Source: Candidatus Poribacteria bacterium (GTDB lineage Bacteria > Poribacteria > WGA-4E > WGA-3G). Taken from it: a DNA stretch of 64,000 nucleotides. The notes beneath the pieces were generated by a model, which was given only the letters and a program-made list of their open reading frames with translations, did not search any database and was not told the origin of the DNA. Shown here piece after piece: positions 21,453 through 31,237 of the stretch (positions are counted from its first letter, which is position 1; each line of letters starts with the position of its first letter). The position numbers and the translations under genes were made by a program. Where the stretch lies: contig OZ240248.1 in NCBI GenBank assembly GCA_965198235.1, forward strand, positions 1,216,001 through 1,280,000, read 5' to 3'.

Positions 21453-22259
21453 TCAGGATTCCTGTTCATCGCTCAAAATCTTATGCAAAGTTGTCGATAA
21501 CGCGATCAACGTCTTCACTCGATCATCGAAGTAAGCTTCTGATGACATAGCCAAATCCTGTGCCTTCTGAACCGCTTCCGCTAAACCCGCAATCACGGAC
21601 TCTGTTGTTGCCGAGTATTCCAACATACGTGCTTGCGCATAAGCAGCTTTCGCTTCACGCCACAACGCTCCATACTTCTGATTCGGCCAACGGCTGTGTG
21701 TTGGACGGAGATAAGAGAACGCACGCTTCCAAATCTTAAAAATAGGAAGAAGATGCTCCCCGGGTTCCCCGACTTCTATCGGAACGCCATCTATCTTCTT
21801 TTCACGCAGTTCAATATGCTGGCGCAGAAACGCGAACTCCGAAAAGTAGTTCACCATTTCGATCAGTGCTTCCTCTGTATCCAGCCGTCGCGCATGACAA
21901 ATCACGATAAACTCACGATGTGTGTCCGTGATCGGTAACACCGCACAGCGAGGGAACAATTCAGAATAAATCCTGCTTTGGCACTCCTCCAGATAATCCG
22001 CGATACACGATGGAACCGTCATATTCCAACCATGCTTATCGCCTTTATATTTCGTCCCGTCATTCGCTATATAAATTTGTCTTACTTTAATCTCACCCGA
22101 TTCATACTTTGCCACCCAATCCCGACGAAAAGCTTCGGTCACTGCTTCAGCACGCGGTCTATGCAGTGCCGCCAGTTCCTTGAAAAAGTCGCAACCCGCG
22201 GGAAGCTGCTTCGCCTGTTCTGCAAGGTCTGTATTCTGTACTACCAAATTCCCATTCAT
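21453..22259 (-). CDS. Hypothetical protein (possibly DUF2280-like C-terminal half)
   Basis: 268-aa ORF with AAGGAGG RBS; YLRPTHSRWPNQKYGALWREAK motif followed by a helical tail. Confidence 0.65.
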   Translation of the reverse strand: MNGNLVVQNTDLAEQAKQLPAGCDFFKELAALHRPRAEAVTEAFRRDWVAKYESGEIKVRQIYIANDGTKYKGDKHGWNMTVPSCIADYLEECQSRIYSELFPRCAVLPITDTHREFIVICHARRLDTEEALIEMVNYFSEFAFLRQHIELREKKIDGVPIEVGEPGEHLLPIFKIWKRAFSYLRPTHSRWPNQKYGALWREAKAAYAQARMLEYSATTESVIAGLAEAVQKAQDLAMSSEAYFDDRVKTLIALSTTLHKILSDEQES

Positions 22260-22826
22260 CTGAAGTCCTCCTTCTGCATTGTTTATCGTAAAACCTGAAA
22301 GTCCGTAAACACCTCAAAAAACAGTAGTCCCGTCCCTTTCGCTGACGGGGTTGTAACCCCAACCATCCTTCGTAATGGAATACGAATTAAATAATTACTA
22401 AAATTAAGTTAACATATATGCAAATTCTACCACAAAACTATTTTTCTATGCAAGCATTTTAACCGCAAAAATCCGTTTTCACGGAGAACGCCTCTTTTCG
22501 ATACTGGGAAGCCAGTGGTCCCGTGCTACGAGAAAAACCTCCGTGAAGCCTCCGTGAATTGCCACTTTTCTGATGGTATAAATCTTCTCACAAAACCACA
22601 TTATCTCGTAAACGTCCCAATCTACTGCCATTTGCTGACGAAGGGGACCCACAACCTTTGGAGGCGAAACGCATTGTAAACAAACGAAATAGGTAAACTT
22701 AACACTACGAAAGACGTTAGATATACAGGAAACCCAAAATCCGTGAAATCTGTGAAATCTGCGAGAATCCGCGATTCAGACAATAGTTACTACACATCAC
22801 CGGCATTGGAACAGTTCAAAAAACAT

Positions 22827-22856
22827 TTGACAACCCCTTATGGAATATGGTATCAT
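22827..22856 (+). promoter_or_regulatory. Promoter of the ileS leader
   Basis: TTGACA-18 nt-TATCAT with extended -10 TG. Confidence 0.6.
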
Positions 22857-22948
22857 AATTAATAGGGATACGTTTTAGCCGAGTCTGAGAAAAGACTCTG
22901 CATCTACAACGACATCACACATCGTTCAAACGAGGCATAGACAGAAAA

Positions 22949-23086
22949 ATGCTTACTACACCGACATCGCAAGATAAGGAATCTGTGCGCTGCAACACCC
23001 CAAATCACGACTGCCTTGGGGCTGTCACGGGTTCGCGCGCCATATCCATTATTATTATTGCTATTCGTCGTGCTGTGGTGGGCTAA
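22949..23086 (+). CDS. Ile-rich leader peptide of ileS (45 aa, ...RAISIIIIAIRRAVVG*)
   Basis: ATG 22949 to TAA 23086; six Ile codons in eight positions (ATA TCC ATT ATT ATT ATT GCT ATT), upstream of a terminator and ileS. Confidence 0.8.
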   Translation: MLTTPTSQDKESVRCNTPNHDCLGAVTGSRAISIIIIAIRRAVVG

Positions 23087-23114
23087 TCACGAGCAGATAA
23101 GAAGTTTCTATTAC

Positions 23115-23162
23115 AACGCCCATCACTGAAGCAGACGATTTCAGTGAGGGTGTTTTTTATTT
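23115..23162 (+). terminator. Attenuator terminator upstream of ileS
   Basis: AACGCCC(A)TCACTGAA-loop-TTCAGTGAGGGTGTT followed by TTTTATTT; its 5' arm is also complementary to GTGGTGGGC (23075-23083). Confidence 0.8.
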
Positions 23163-23298
23163 AAGATGCCCTGCATGGACGTAGGTCCAATCAACTAAAA
23201 TTCGCGCAATCCGCGATTCAGACAATTAACATTGCACATCACTGACTTAAATTCTTAATCTTCATTAAGGAAAACGGCTTACGCCGAGGAGATGCCAC

Positions 23299-26200
23299 AT
23301 GACAAACCGCTCTAATCGAACGCTTGGCGACCGTATGGAAAAAATGTTTGGAGAGGTATCATCCCAATTCACATTTGCTGAAAGAGAAAAACAGATTTTA
23401 GAGTTCTGGCGTGAAAACGACATCTTTCAGAAGAGTATGGAGATGTCCAAAGACGCGCCGTCGTTTGTTTTTCTGGAAGGACCACCGTTTGCGAATGCAC
23501 CGCCCGGTGTGCACCACGTCCTCGCACGTATCATGAAAGATGCTGTCTGCCGTTACAAGACGATGACGGGGCATTACGTCCACCGTAAAGCAGGCTGGGA
23601 CACGCACGGACTTCCCGTTGAATATCAGGTCGAAAAGCAACTCAATATTACAAACAAAGCCGAACTGGAGGCTTACGGCGTTCAGAACTTCATCGAAAAG
23701 TGTAAGGAGAACGTCTTCCAATACGAGCAGGATTGGCGGCAGATGACCGAACGCATCGGATTCTGGGTCAATCTCGATGAAGCCTATATCACGTTGTCGA
23801 ACGATTACATTGAAAGCGTCTGGTGGGTACTCCGACAAGCGTGGGAGAAAGAACTCCTGTATCATGGACATAAGGTGCAACCGTATTGCTATCGGTGCGG
23901 CACAACCTTAGCGAGCCACGAAGTCGCGCTCGCTTACCAAGAGGTCGCCGATCCATCTATCTTTGTTCGCTTCCCGCTGAAAAATCGGGAGAATACCTAC
24001 CTCCTCGTCTGGACGACAACCCCGTGGACGTTGCCTTCTAACGTCGCCGTCGCTGTCGGTGAAAATTACGATTACGTCGCCGTTGAAGAAGGTAACGGAC
24101 AACACCTCATCCTCGCAAAAGAGTGTATACCCAGTTTATTCGGAGAGGAAACCCCGCAAATCGTCGAAAACTATAAGGGCAGTGACCTCCAAGGGTGGGA
24201 ATACGAACCCTTGTTTGATGGCGGACAGCATCCGGAAAGATCCCACTACATCGTCACGGGTGATTTCGTGACGACGACAGAGGGGAGTGGCTTGGTTCAC
24301 GTTGCTCCCGCTTTCGGACAGGATGACTACGAGATCGGACAGAAATACGGTCTGCCGCTCGTGCAATTAGTCGGTCCCGACGGTAGATTTGTCCCAGAAG
24401 TTAAAGACGCTTGGGCGGGTGAGTCCGTCAAAGACGCTGATCCAAAAATCATCGAAAACTTGGACGGACGTGGACTGTTATTCAAGGCTGCCGAGTATAC
24501 GCACCAATATCCGTTCTGTTGGCGGTGTGATACCCCGTTGCTCTACTATGCCCGCGAATCGTGGTTTATCCGGACGACCGCCATCCGAGATCAGATGCAT
24601 CAGCACAATCAGCAAATCAACTGGTACCCGGAGCATATCAAAGACGGACGTTTCGGCAATTGGTTAGAAAACAATATCGACTGGGGATTGAGCCGTGAAC
24701 GCTATTGGGGCACCCCCTTGCCGGTCTGGGTGTGTGACGACTGCGGACATCAGCACTGTGTCGGCAGTATCGCCGAATTGCAGGAACTCGGGACCGATGT
24801 GCCAGATGATATTGAACTACACCGTCCTTATGTAGACGATGTTGTCCTCGCGTGCAAGAAATGCAGCGGCACGATGCATCGCGTGCAAGATGTCATTGAT
24901 TGCTGGTTTGACTCCGGCTGTGCGCACACGGCGCAGTGGCACTATCCCTTTGAGAACAAGGAGATGCTGGAGCAGGCGTATCCCGCGGATTTCATCTCCG
25001 AAGCCATAGATCAAACCCGTGGGTGGTTCTATAGTCTCTTAGCAACCGGCACACTCCTTTATGACAAACCCGCCTACAAAAACTGCCTCTGTCTTGAACT
25101 AATTATGGGACCCGACGGCCAAAAGATGAGTAAAAGTCGAGGCAACACGGTGGATCCGTGGACAATTCTAAACGAACAAGGTGCCGATGCGATGCGCTGG
25201 TATATGTTCACCGCAACCACACCGTGGACACCACGCGCTTTCAAACCAGAGGGCATTGATGAAGCGTTGAAGAAGTTCATGGGAACCCTCCAGAACGTCT
25301 ATAGTTTCTTCGTCATGTACGCCAACCTTGAGCAGGTCGATGTCCTGCAAGATACACCGCCTGTCTCGGAACGCGCCACAGTAGACAGGTGGATCTTGTC
25401 TCGCCTCCACACCCTCATCGATAAGGTGCGCGACGAGATGGAAAATTATCATCTCACGAATGCCCCGCGCGCCATTGAGACGTTTGTGGACGATCTCAGC
25501 AACTGGTATGTCCGCCGCTCCCGCGATCGCTTCTGGGGCGCGAAAGCCGGACCTGACAAGCATGCCGCATACGCCACGCTTTATGAGGTCCTCGTAACCG
25601 TTGCGAAACTCGCTGCACCCTTCGTTCCATTTTTGGCGGATGAACTCTATCGTAACTTGGTGTGTTCGCTGAATACTGAGGCACCCCTCAGTGTTCATCT
25701 TGCGAAGTATCCCGTTGCGGATGCCGCACTCAAAGATGCCCAGTTAGAAGCAGATATGGATTTCACACGCGGAGCGATTAGCATGGGACATGCCGCCCGC
25801 AATCGTTCCGGCATTAAGACGCGCCAACCATTGGCAGAAATCACCCTCGGTGGGCTCTCCGATGCAGAGAAAGCGACCGTAAATCGTTTGGCCGACCTCA
25901 TCCACGATGAACTCAATGTCAAAGCGATCGTCTTCACAGAGGAATTGAACGCTTTCGCACAGGTGACACTCAAACCCAACTTCAAGGTATTGGGACCCAA
26001 GTATGGCAAGGGCGTGCAAGCCATCGCCAAAGCACTCGCTTCCGTAGACGCAGTCGCGTTGAAAGCGGAGTTGGAAGCCGCGGGAAGTTTGCAAGTTGAA
26101 GCATCGGGAGAGACATACACCCTTGAGCAGTCCGAAGTTGATGTGCAGACCCAGAATCGAGAGGGTTTCTTTGTAGAGGTAGACGCGAAGAAATTCGTCG

Positions 26201-26490
26201 CATTGTCAACGGAATTGACACACGAGTTGACGCTGGAGGGCTTGGCGCGCGAGTTTGTCAATAAAATCCAGAATATGCGGAAGGAAGCGGATTTTAATAT
26301 CTCCGATCGGATTAAACTCAGTCTCAGTACCACTTCTCCGCTTGTGGGTGAGGCGTTTAAGACCCATCGAGACTATATCCTCCGCGAGACACTTACGACT
26401 ACAGTCGTAGACGCTCCGGGTGAAAATGCCTTTACCCTCGCGCAAAAACTGAACGGCGAACCCGCAACCTTGAGCGTTGAGCAGGTTTAG
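23299..26490 (+). CDS. ileS: Isoleucine--tRNA ligase, type 2 (IleRS2) with GVHH signature
   Basis: EGPPFAN-APP-GVHH, GWDTHGLPVE, WTTTPWTLPSN, DWGLSRERYWGTPLP, DQTRGWFYSL and KMSKS; type-2 C-terminus EGLAREFVNKIQNMRK; 1063 aa. Confidence 0.97.
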   Translation: MTNRSNRTLGDRMEKMFGEVSSQFTFAEREKQILEFWRENDIFQKSMEMSKDAPSFVFLEGPPFANAPPGVHHVLARIMKDAVCRYKTMTGHYVHRKAGWDTHGLPVEYQVEKQLNITNKAELEAYGVQNFIEKCKENVFQYEQDWRQMTERIGFWVNLDEAYITLSNDYIESVWWVLRQAWEKELLYHGHKVQPYCYRCGTTLASHEVALAYQEVADPSIFVRFPLKNRENTYLLVWTTTPWTLPSNVAVAVGENYDYVAVEEGNGQHLILAKECIPSLFGEETPQIVENYKGSDLQGWEYEPLFDGGQHPERSHYIVTGDFVTTTEGSGLVHVAPAFGQDDYEIGQKYGLPLVQLVGPDGRFVPEVKDAWAGESVKDADPKIIENLDGRGLLFKAAEYTHQYPFCWRCDTPLLYYARESWFIRTTAIRDQMHQHNQQINWYPEHIKDGRFGNWLENNIDWGLSRERYWGTPLPVWVCDDCGHQHCVGSIAELQELGTDVPDDIELHRPYVDDVVLACKKCSGTMHRVQDVIDCWFDSGCAHTAQWHYPFENKEMLEQAYPADFISEAIDQTRGWFYSLLATGTLLYDKPAYKNCLCLELIMGPDGQKMSKSRGNTVDPWTILNEQGADAMRWYMFTATTPWTPRAFKPEGIDEALKKFMGTLQNVYSFFVMYANLEQVDVLQDTPPVSERATVDRWILSRLHTLIDKVRDEMENYHLTNAPRAIETFVDDLSNWYVRRSRDRFWGAKAGPDKHAAYATLYEVLVTVAKLAAPFVPFLADELYRNLVCSLNTEAPLSVHLAKYPVADAALKDAQLEADMDFTRGAISMGHAARNRSGIKTRQPLAEITLGGLSDAEKATVNRLADLIHDELNVKAIVFTEELNAFAQVTLKPNFKVLGPKYGKGVQAIAKALASVDAVALKAELEAAGSLQVEASGETYTLEQSEVDVQTQNREGFFVEVDAKKFVALSTELTHELTLEGLAREFVNKIQNMRKEADFNISDRIKLSLSTTSPLVGEAFKTHRDYILRETLTTTVVDAPGENAFTLAQKLNGEPATLSVEQV

Positions 26491-26505
26491 CCCATCCTTT
26501 CTCCG

Positions 26506-26662
26506 CTGGCGAGGTTTCCTAACCTCGCCATTGTACATATAAAAGATGTCGTGTTTATTGTTTTGCCGATGTGGTGTCAAACCACACCGGTTCTTTTATT
26601 CATCAAATTTTCGTGCGGTTTTGGATAACCAGACTCGGTAGGTGCGGTTTGCAACCGCACCG
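26506..26662. repeat. REP-like palindromes after ileS
   Basis: CTGGCGAGGTTTCCTAACCTCGCCA, TGTGGTGTCAAACCACA and GTAGGTGCGGTTTGCAACCGCACC. Confidence 0.65.
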
Positions 26663-26744
26663 AGTATCGAAAAGGGGCGTTCAACCTCCGGACAATCCGA
26701 TAAATTTTTAAATCTAAATGTCCTAATTGAATGGATTAAAAAAC

Positions 26745-26773
26745 TTGCTTTAAAACCGAATTTTTGCTATAGT
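26745..26773 (+). promoter_or_regulatory. Promoter of the molybdoenzyme operon
   Basis: TTGCTT-17 nt-TATAGT with extended -10 TG. Confidence 0.55.
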
Positions 26774-26888
26774 ACGATTTAAAATAAATATCTTTAAAAC
26801 CTGTCTCATAAACTGATTTCTGTGGCGGGGTCTCCGTGCCTCAGCCCCTTATAAATTCCAGTTATAGTAATGAAAGGAGATTCCGTTC

Positions 26889-27767
26889 ATGCAAGATTTT
26901 TCCTATGTTGCCGCGCAAACGGTACCGGAAGCCGTTGCCCTGCTTGACGAAAAAGGAGAAAAAGCCCGCATCTTGGCGGGTGGAACTGATCTCATTGTTC
27001 AAGTCCGGGAAGCACGCCGAGACGTTGACTTGATGATTGATGTCAAATCCATTCCAGAGGTGAACGTCTTAGATTACGATGATAACGCTGGCTTAACGCT
27101 CGGTGCTGCAGTCGAATGTTATAAAATTTACGCCGTTGATGCCATCTGTGATGCCTATCCCGGTTTAATCGATGCAACCAAAATTATTGGTGGCACCGCG
27201 ATCCAAGGACGTGCTGGCGTTGGCGGTAATTTGTGTAACGCCTCACCCGCTGCGGATTGCATACCGCCGCTGATTGTGCTTAATGCCACATGTGTCATTG
27301 CCGGTCCAAACGGCGAGCGTGAACTACCTGTTGAAGATTTCTGTACGGCTCCGGGGCAAACCGCTCTGGAAAAAGGCGAGATGCTCGTCTCTCTGAAGAT
27401 ACCAGCACCTGCAAGCAATTCCAGTTCTTTCTATCTCCGGTTTATCCCGCGCAATGAGATGGATATCGCTGTCGTTGGTGCCGGAGCGTCTGTGACACTT
27501 GATGATGCGAAACAGACAATTGTCTCTGCTCGCATTGCACTCGCTGCTGTCGCACCCACGCCGCTCTTTGCTGAAGAAGCGAGCGCGCTACTCGCAGGTC
27601 GCGAGGTTTCTGATGCCGCAATTGATGATGCCGCACAAGCTGCGCAAGCCATCGCACGCCCGATTAGCGATATGCGTGGTACTGCCGAGCAGCGGACACA
27701 CCTCGTCGGTGTGCTGACTCGGCGCGCACTCAACGGCGCAATCCAGAGAGTCCGAGACGCAGCATAA
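26889..27767 (+). CDS. Xanthine dehydrogenase family FAD-binding (medium) subunit
   Basis: LAGGTDL, GGNLCNASPAAD and PISDMRGT motifs; AAAGGAG RBS. Confidence 0.92.
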   Translation: MQDFSYVAAQTVPEAVALLDEKGEKARILAGGTDLIVQVREARRDVDLMIDVKSIPEVNVLDYDDNAGLTLGAAVECYKIYAVDAICDAYPGLIDATKIIGGTAIQGRAGVGGNLCNASPAADCIPPLIVLNATCVIAGPNGERELPVEDFCTAPGQTALEKGEMLVSLKIPAPASNSSSFYLRFIPRNEMDIAVVGAGASVTLDDAKQTIVSARIALAAVAPTPLFAEEASALLAGREVSDAAIDDAAQAAQAIARPISDMRGTAEQRTHLVGVLTRRALNGAIQRVRDAA

Positions 27768-28006
27768 ATTTTTGTCCATTTTTTTAATTTATTACTTCTG
27801 GACTGCGCTCCATTTCATTCCGCACAGGTTTCTGGTAATCATCATGTGTGGGACTGCGACAGCAGCCCTACTTAAGAAATTAAAGAATTAAGGCTCACAA
27901 GTTTTCAAGGCATCGTGAATTCATCGGAAGCCCGCATTCTCACTGCGAAGCAAACGGACGCAGCGGCCCAGAAGCCCATAATTAAAAAAACGAAAGGAAC
28001 CATACT

Positions 28007-28483
28007 ATGGCGAGAAAATCGCACGTTCAAACCACTATCAATGGCGAAACAGTAGAATTTCTCTGCGAATCCCGGCAAAGCCTACTCGAAGTTCTCAGAG
28101 ATGAACTCCACCTTACAGGTGCTAAAGAGGGATGCAACAACGGAAATTGTGGAGCTTGCAGTGTCATCCTCGACGGCAGGCTCGTCAATTCATGTCTCGT
28201 CCTTGGTGTAGAGACTGAAGACAAATCTGTCGAAACCATAGAAGGTCTCGCGGAACCCGACAAGCTGCATCCTATCCAAGACGCGTTCTTAGAGAACGCC
28301 GCACTCCAGTGCGGTATTTGCACACCCGGCTTTATTATGAGTGCCAAGGCATTGCTGGATAGCAACCCGAATCCAACCGAACATGAAATTCGGTACTGGT
28401 TAGCGGGTAACCTGTGTCGCTGTACTGGCTATGATAAAATTGTCAAAGCGGTGATAGATGCCGCTAAGGAAACCTCTGCTTAA
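28007..28483 (+). CDS. Xanthine dehydrogenase family 2Fe-2S (small) subunit
   Basis: GCNNGNCGAC...SC, QCGICTPG and GNLCRCTGY motifs. Confidence 0.95.
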   Translation: MARKSHVQTTINGETVEFLCESRQSLLEVLRDELHLTGAKEGCNNGNCGACSVILDGRLVNSCLVLGVETEDKSVETIEGLAEPDKLHPIQDAFLENAALQCGICTPGFIMSAKALLDSNPNPTEHEIRYWLAGNLCRCTGYDKIVKAVIDAAKETSA

Positions 28484-28523
28484 CTTCATACAAACACAGT
28501 CTCATGAATCGGAGGTATACGTA

Positions 28524-30779
28524 ATGACTGAAAAGAAAGAATATAAAGTCATCGGCACCCGTCCTATCCGCCATGATGGGGTCGACAAAGTCACCGGTCG
28601 CGCACTTTACGGGGCAGATTTTCAAATGACAGGGCTCCTGCACGGTAGAGTCCTGCGCAGCCCGCACGCTCATGCGCGAATTATATCGATTGACACCAGC
28701 CGTGCCGAAGCCTATCCGGGCGTTAAAGGCGTTGTTACCGCTCAAGACTTGCCTGAAGCTGAGGACAAAATCGCGGATCTCGGCGAAGGTGCGGTCAGTC
28801 TCAAGTATCTCTGCGATAACATCTTGGCAAGCGATAAGGCTTTGTACAAAGGGCACGCTGTTGCCGCTGTTGCCGCAACAAGCCCACATATCGCTGAGGA
28901 GGCTTGTGCACTCATTGATGTCGAATACGAAGTGCTGCCACCTGTCTTAGAGGTACGCCAAGCAATGGAGTCGGATGCACCACTCCTACACGAAACCCTA
29001 AAAACTACCTCAATGGGTGAAACCGCTGACGAATCGAGCAACGTCGCAAGCCATATCCAACACAAACTCGGTGATCCTGAAAAAGGGTTCGCCGAAGCGG
29101 ATGTCGTTATTGAACGCGAATTCGTCACAGGCACTGTCCATCAAGGCTATATTGAACCCCACAACGCCACGGCACATTACAACCAAGATGGTCAGTTGAC
29201 CATTTGGTGTAGCACACAGGGCGCGTTTACTGTTCGTGAACAGGTCGCCGAAATTCTCCAATACCCCATTTCCAAAATTAAAGTTGTTCCAATGGAAATT
29301 GGCGGCGGTTTTGGTGGCAAGATTAGCGTTTACATTAAACCCGTTGCCGCGTTGTTGGCAAGGAAAACAGGTAAGCCTGTCAAGGTTCTGATGAGTCGTA
29401 CGGATGTGTTTGAAGGTACAGGACCGACACCTGCCTCCTACGTCCGTGTCAAGATGGGCGCAACCGAAGAGGGTAAGATAACTGCCGCTGAGGCGTATCT
29501 TGCTTTTGAAGCAGGTGCCTACCCAGGTTCTCCTGTTGGACCTGGCGCAATGTGTATCTTTGCACCCTACAGCATTGAAAACGTTGTCATTGATGGCTAC
29601 GATGTCGTTGTCAATAAACCGAAAACCGCGCCCTACCGCGCCCCCGGAGCACCAAACGCTGCTTTCGGTTCAGAGACAGTTCTTGACGAGATCGCGGAGA
29701 AACTGGACATCGATCCACTTGAAATCCGGTTGCTCAACGGCGCGAAAGAGGGCGACCGACGCGCAGACGGACCCATTCACCCCCGCATCGGCTGTATTGA
29801 AACGCTCGAAGCGGCGAAATCCCATCCGCACTATACAGCACCGAATGGGAAGAAACATCACGGTCGCGGGATCGCTTCCGGGTACTGGTTCAATATCGGC
29901 TTGGAGTCCAGCGTGACGATTAATGTCAACGCCGATGGCACAATTAACCTCGTTGAAGGTTCCACAGACATCGGTGGCTCGCGCGCTTCAATCGCTATGC
30001 AGGCGGCAGAAGTCCTCGGCATTCCCGCCGAATCGGTCAATCCAAGTGTTGTTGATACCAATTCTGTCGGTTACACTGCTGTGACGGGCGGTAGCCGCAC
30101 AACTTACGCAACTGGCTACGCCGCTTATGAAGCCGCACAAGAGGTCAAGCGGCAGATGATTGAACGTGCCGCAAAGCTCTGGGAAGTTGACGAAGACAAC
30201 GTGCAGTTTGCAGATGGTGAATTCTCAAGTATCAACGGCAAAGAAGAGCAGATTAGTTTCCGCGACCTATGTGCCCACCTCGGTCAAACCGGTGGTCCGA
30301 TTGTAGGCAGCGGGACAGTGAATCCTGGTGGTGCCGGTGGGGCGTTTGCAACACACGTCGTGGATGTGGTAGTGGACGAGGAGACCGGCAAGGTCGAGAT
30401 CCTCCGCTATACCGCAGTCCAGGATGCAGGAAGAGCCATCCATCCCAGTTATGTTGAGGGCCAAATACAGGGGGGTGTTGTTCAAGGTATCGGTTGGGCG
30501 TTGAATGAGGAATACATCTACAATGACGAAGGCACCATGACAAACGCCAGTTTCCTCGATTACCGGATGCCGACCTGTTTGGATTTACCTATGATTGATG
30601 CTGTCATCGTTGAAGTCCCGAATCCGGGGCATCCGTATGGTGTGCGTGGGGTCGGTGAAGTGCCGATTGTGCCACCGCTTGCTGCCATCGCCAATGCCAT
30701 CTACGATGCAATCGGCGTTCGGATGACAGAACTCCCGATGTCGCCTGACAGGCTGCTGAAAGCCATGGGCAAAATCTAA
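28524..30779 (+). CDS. Xanthine dehydrogenase family molybdopterin-binding (large) subunit
   Basis: GGAGG RBS before ATG 28524; DKVTG, LRSPHAHA, GGGFGGK, YRAPG, EGQIQGG and GVRGVGE motifs. Confidence 0.93.
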   Translation: MTEKKEYKVIGTRPIRHDGVDKVTGRALYGADFQMTGLLHGRVLRSPHAHARIISIDTSRAEAYPGVKGVVTAQDLPEAEDKIADLGEGAVSLKYLCDNILASDKALYKGHAVAAVAATSPHIAEEACALIDVEYEVLPPVLEVRQAMESDAPLLHETLKTTSMGETADESSNVASHIQHKLGDPEKGFAEADVVIEREFVTGTVHQGYIEPHNATAHYNQDGQLTIWCSTQGAFTVREQVAEILQYPISKIKVVPMEIGGGFGGKISVYIKPVAALLARKTGKPVKVLMSRTDVFEGTGPTPASYVRVKMGATEEGKITAAEAYLAFEAGAYPGSPVGPGAMCIFAPYSIENVVIDGYDVVVNKPKTAPYRAPGAPNAAFGSETVLDEIAEKLDIDPLEIRLLNGAKEGDRRADGPIHPRIGCIETLEAAKSHPHYTAPNGKKHHGRGIASGYWFNIGLESSVTINVNADGTINLVEGSTDIGGSRASIAMQAAEVLGIPAESVNPSVVDTNSVGYTAVTGGSRTTYATGYAAYEAAQEVKRQMIERAAKLWEVDEDNVQFADGEFSSINGKEEQISFRDLCAHLGQTGGPIVGSGTVNPGGAGGAFATHVVDVVVDEETGKVEILRYTAVQDAGRAIHPSYVEGQIQGGVVQGIGWALNEEYIYNDEGTMTNASFLDYRMPTCLDLPMIDAVIVEVPNPGHPYGVRGVGEVPIVPPLAAIANAIYDAIGVRMTELPMSPDRLLKAMGKI

Positions 30780-30852
30780 TTCGTTACGAATTCCTTAGGG
30801 CGAGGTCTTGTACCTCGCCCTCTTTTATCAGCAATTATTGAATCTGAAAAAA

Positions 30853-31134
30853 ATGCCAACCGTAGTTATTCCACCCCTCATGCGTAATCTCACAGGCGGC
30901 GAAGCGAACATTACTCTCCCCGGTGCAACTCTCCGTGCAGTGATTGATAATTTAGAGAGTCGCTACCCGGGTATCAAAGAACGGTTATGTGAAGAAGACC
31001 GTCTTAAACCCGGCATCGCCGTATACATCAACGGCCTTCTCACCCGGGGATCCATCCTCGAACGCGTTGATACGGATGCCGAGATTCATTTCCTTCCTGC
31101 CATCGGCGGTGGTGTTGCAGAACCATCACACTAA
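30853..31134 (+). CDS. MoaD/ThiS family sulfur-carrier protein
   Basis: VVIPPLMRNLTGG...LESRYPG...FLPAIGGG beta-grasp pattern with a 6-aa tail after the GG motif. Confidence 0.85.
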   Translation: MPTVVIPPLMRNLTGGEANITLPGATLRAVIDNLESRYPGIKERLCEEDRLKPGIAVYINGLLTRGSILERVDTDAEIHFLPAIGGGVAEPSH

Positions 31135-31237
31135 AACCCTACACCGTTTTGAAACGTTGTGGCAGGACAAGTGTGTTTTCTTGATATACAACTGCAGAAC
31201 GTCGTCGCACATCCCCACAAATAGTAGGTGCTATCTC

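Noticed and set aside
22860-23298. T-box riboswitch before ileS
   Set aside because: No T-box consensus (GGTGGNACCGCG) seen; the leader peptide plus alternative hairpins explain the region.
28524-30779. Aerobic CO dehydrogenase (coxMSL)
   Set aside because: Lacks the form I AYxCSFR and form II AYxGAGR motifs; no coxDEFG accessory genes nearby.
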